Below are positions 62,132 through 64,000 of a stretch of DNA of 64,000 bases, in pieces (position 1 is the stretch's first letter; each line of letters begins with the position of its first letter). The notes beneath the pieces are model-generated. The model was not told the origin of the DNA, did no database searches, and saw only the letters and a list, made by a program, of their open reading frames with translations. Origin of the DNA: Patescibacteria group bacterium (GTDB lineage: Bacteria > Patescibacteriota > Patescibacteriia > UBA10025 > JAHIVO01). The stretch covers positions 65,776-129,775 of the forward strand of contig JAQULM010000002.1 of assembly GCA_028718605.1 (NCBI GenBank). The letters run 5' to 3'. The translations under genes were made by a program, and so were the position numbers.

Positions 62132-63370
62132 CTATTGCACACTTTCAATAATTTCCTGGTACGCTTGCATGCTCCGATCCATGGAACCCTCTGCTGGTTC
62201 CTGTTTTTCGCTCATATCCGTACGCGTATCCGCAAAATCGTAGCGGGTAAAGAAGATTTTCTGCGCACCGGCCGCGATCGCATTATCGACGCTCGTTTGG
62301 GTTTGTTCGGCGTTCTGGTCGAATCCCTGCCGGCCCATTTGCTCAGCCTCGGTTACCCAGATCGGCTTATTAATGCCTAATTCATCCAGGAGCGCCTTAT
62401 AATCGCCAACGTTAAAGTCCAGCGTGTTCTTGTCATTCGAAATGCAGTGGATATTGGCGATATCGAAATACCCTTTTGCTTCCGGCATGGCATTGAACAC
62501 CGCGCGGTAAAAGCCGAGGAACGTATCATCGGCGCCGGCCGCGCCGGCGATCAGGACGGACGCGCTGCTGTCAGCCAGCTTTACTGCCTGGTACGTGCGC
62601 TTCAGGAGTTCCGCGTATTCTGCCGGGCCCTGCGCATAAAAATCCAGGGACCCGTCCCCGAGCAAATCAGGCTCGTTCATGACTTCCCAATATTTGATCG
62701 GGTACCGCAAATCATTCATGTCGAATTCGCCGTCACCGTCGTATCGGTCAACGACAGCGGTGACAAACTGTTCATACGCGACCCAGTCATTCGGATTGCA
62801 TCGGTGAAGCGGCAGGTATGACGGCCTCCCTTTTTTATTGTTATCAGGCAAGAATTCATCGTTGGCGGACACCGCGCAATCTGCCACATCCTCACGGTTT
62901 GCCTGGTCCCATTCGGCAAATGGCCATAGGGTAATAACCAAATTCAGGCCGTACAATTCGGCAAGCCTCACCAACCCGTCCATCTTGGCAAAATCATACT
63001 CCGCCGGTTCTCCTCCCTGGATCATGTCCCACACGGCCGGGCCCGGATGCGGCCGCATCCACCCACCGCCTGATTGCCTGATGAAACCCATATCCGTGCC
63101 GTCCTCGCCAGCCCCCAGCCATCCAAACGCATTCTCGAGAGGAACCTGCGAAAAATTCTCGCTCGGTTTTACCACCCCCTTGTTCGTTGTTCCGCCCGAA
63201 CCAGGGCATGCGGTCGTCGGCTTTGCTGCCGACGGGTTGCCGTGCTTGACCCATGCGCCTTTTTCGCATATCCACGTGTCTTCATCCCCGCCGGCTACGA
63301 AACGGAGATATCCGACAACGGCGATTGCCGCGATGATAACCGCGATTACGATGTAGATTGTTTTTTTCAT
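62132..63370 (-). CDS. Membrane-anchored clan GH-A glycoside hydrolase
   Basis: N-terminal TM, YWEVMNEPD, DIAN.H, PIWVTE. Confidence 0.82.
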   Translation of the reverse strand: MKKTIYIVIAVIIAAIAVVGYLRFVAGGDEDTWICEKGAWVKHGNPSAAKPTTACPGSGGTTNKGVVKPSENFSQVPLENAFGWLGAGEDGTDMGFIRQSGGGWMRPHPGPAVWDMIQGGEPAEYDFAKMDGLVRLAELYGLNLVITLWPFAEWDQANREDVADCAVSANDEFLPDNNKKGRPSYLPLHRCNPNDWVAYEQFVTAVVDRYDGDGEFDMNDLRYPIKYWEVMNEPDLLGDGSLDFYAQGPAEYAELLKRTYQAVKLADSSASVLIAGAAGADDTFLGFYRAVFNAMPEAKGYFDIANIHCISNDKNTLDFNVGDYKALLDELGINKPIWVTEAEQMGRQGFDQNAEQTQTSVDNAIAAGAQKIFFTRYDFADTRTDMSEKQEPAEGSMDRSMQAYQEIIESVQ

Positions 63371-63383
63371 ACTATTCTTCGTT

Positions 63384-63611
63384 TTAATATTTTTTGAAAA
63401 GTTTTTTTACCTCTTGCTTGAGCGGCGTGCGCCAGTCATCCAGCAATTGGGATTTGAAAAAGCGAACCAGGCGCTTGTCCTGTTTTGACAGGCGCATTGT
63501 TTCCAGGCGCTTGCAGGTAACCAAAATCTCCTCATCCTGCCTGGTTTTCAGGACGTACTGCTTCCGGTCGTGTTTGGTAATGACTGGCTGTTCCATACGG
63601 TTATATTTCAC
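63384..63611 (-). CDS. Small hypothetical protein
   Basis: 75-aa ORF co-oriented with neighbours. Confidence 0.55.
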   Translation of the reverse strand: MKYNRMEQPVITKHDRKQYVLKTRQDEEILVTCKRLETMRLSKQDKRLVRFFKSQLLDDWRTPLKQEVKKLFKKY

Positions 63612-63738
63612 ATATTACGCCCGAAAAGGCCGAATAACAAGGCAACCCATGGATAAAATTTATCAAGTAATCAAAAAGCACCGCGCAAGGGTATGCGCGG
63701 TGCGAATGGTTACCGGAATACGTCCGGCTCCCTACGAC

Positions 63739-63999
63739 CTACCAGCCGTATAGTGAACGACGACGTGGATACTCCATTTCAGCAATGGCAATCCGCCGCG
63801 TTCTCTGTTCAGCAATGATTCGGTTGACTTCCTGCGCCTTACGAGTGATCAGTTCCTGGACACTGATGCCTAGTCTGTCAGCCTCCTGTTGCATTCGTAT
63901 GCGTTTCTCCTCGCGAACGCGCTTCTTACGCGCTTGTGCCCTCACCATGTTCGGTGTGTTCCCAGCGCGGAGCGGAATGAATCTCATTGCCACCTCCAT
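63739..63999 (-). CDS. Small basic hypothetical protein
   Basis: GGAGGT RBS before ATG at 63987; at the window edge. Confidence 0.5.
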   Translation of the reverse strand: MEVAMRFIPLRAGNTPNMVRAQARKKRVREEKRIRMQQEADRLGISVQELITRKAQEVNRIIAEQRTRRIAIAEMEYPRRRSLYGW

Positions 64000-64000
64000 A

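Overview
Chromosomal window from a bacterium using genetic code 11, most likely Patescibacteria/CPR. This is inferred from the pilT/pilM, dprA-topA and parAB genes, an archaeal-type AMP phosphorylase, FG-GAP surface proteins and many short hypotheticals. The left part is housekeeping: der, pth, pilT-like, pilM, mfd, dprA, topA, parAB and a tRNA cluster. The middle holds a Fur/PerR-headed suf + SOD + ferritin + ferredoxin + DsbA block, a carboxypeptidase, AMP phosphorylase, metal transporters and two FG-GAP surface enzymes. The right part is accessory: ABC exporters, small membrane proteins, a low-GC insert and a nucleotide-processing cluster. The most unusual features are at the tRNA loci. (1) A promoter, a near-leaderless 19-aa peptide with 5 Asn codons in 6, an antiterminator and a terminator sit directly upstream of a tRNA-Asn, which looks like ribosome-mediated attenuation of a tRNA gene by its own codons. 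(2) That tRNA-Asn is nested: an intact tRNA-Asn flanked by CCTGCC-type inverted repeats is inserted in the anticodon loop of a different, decayed tRNA-Asn. (3) A small GIY-YIG nuclease gene lies between a 5'-half copy of tRNA-Leu, which carries the same palindrome at its anticodon loop, and the intact tRNA-Leu. (4) A covarying two-hairpin GA-loop motif precedes both CAT-anticodon tRNAs. All calls come from reading the sequence by eye; no database searches or folding programs were run.
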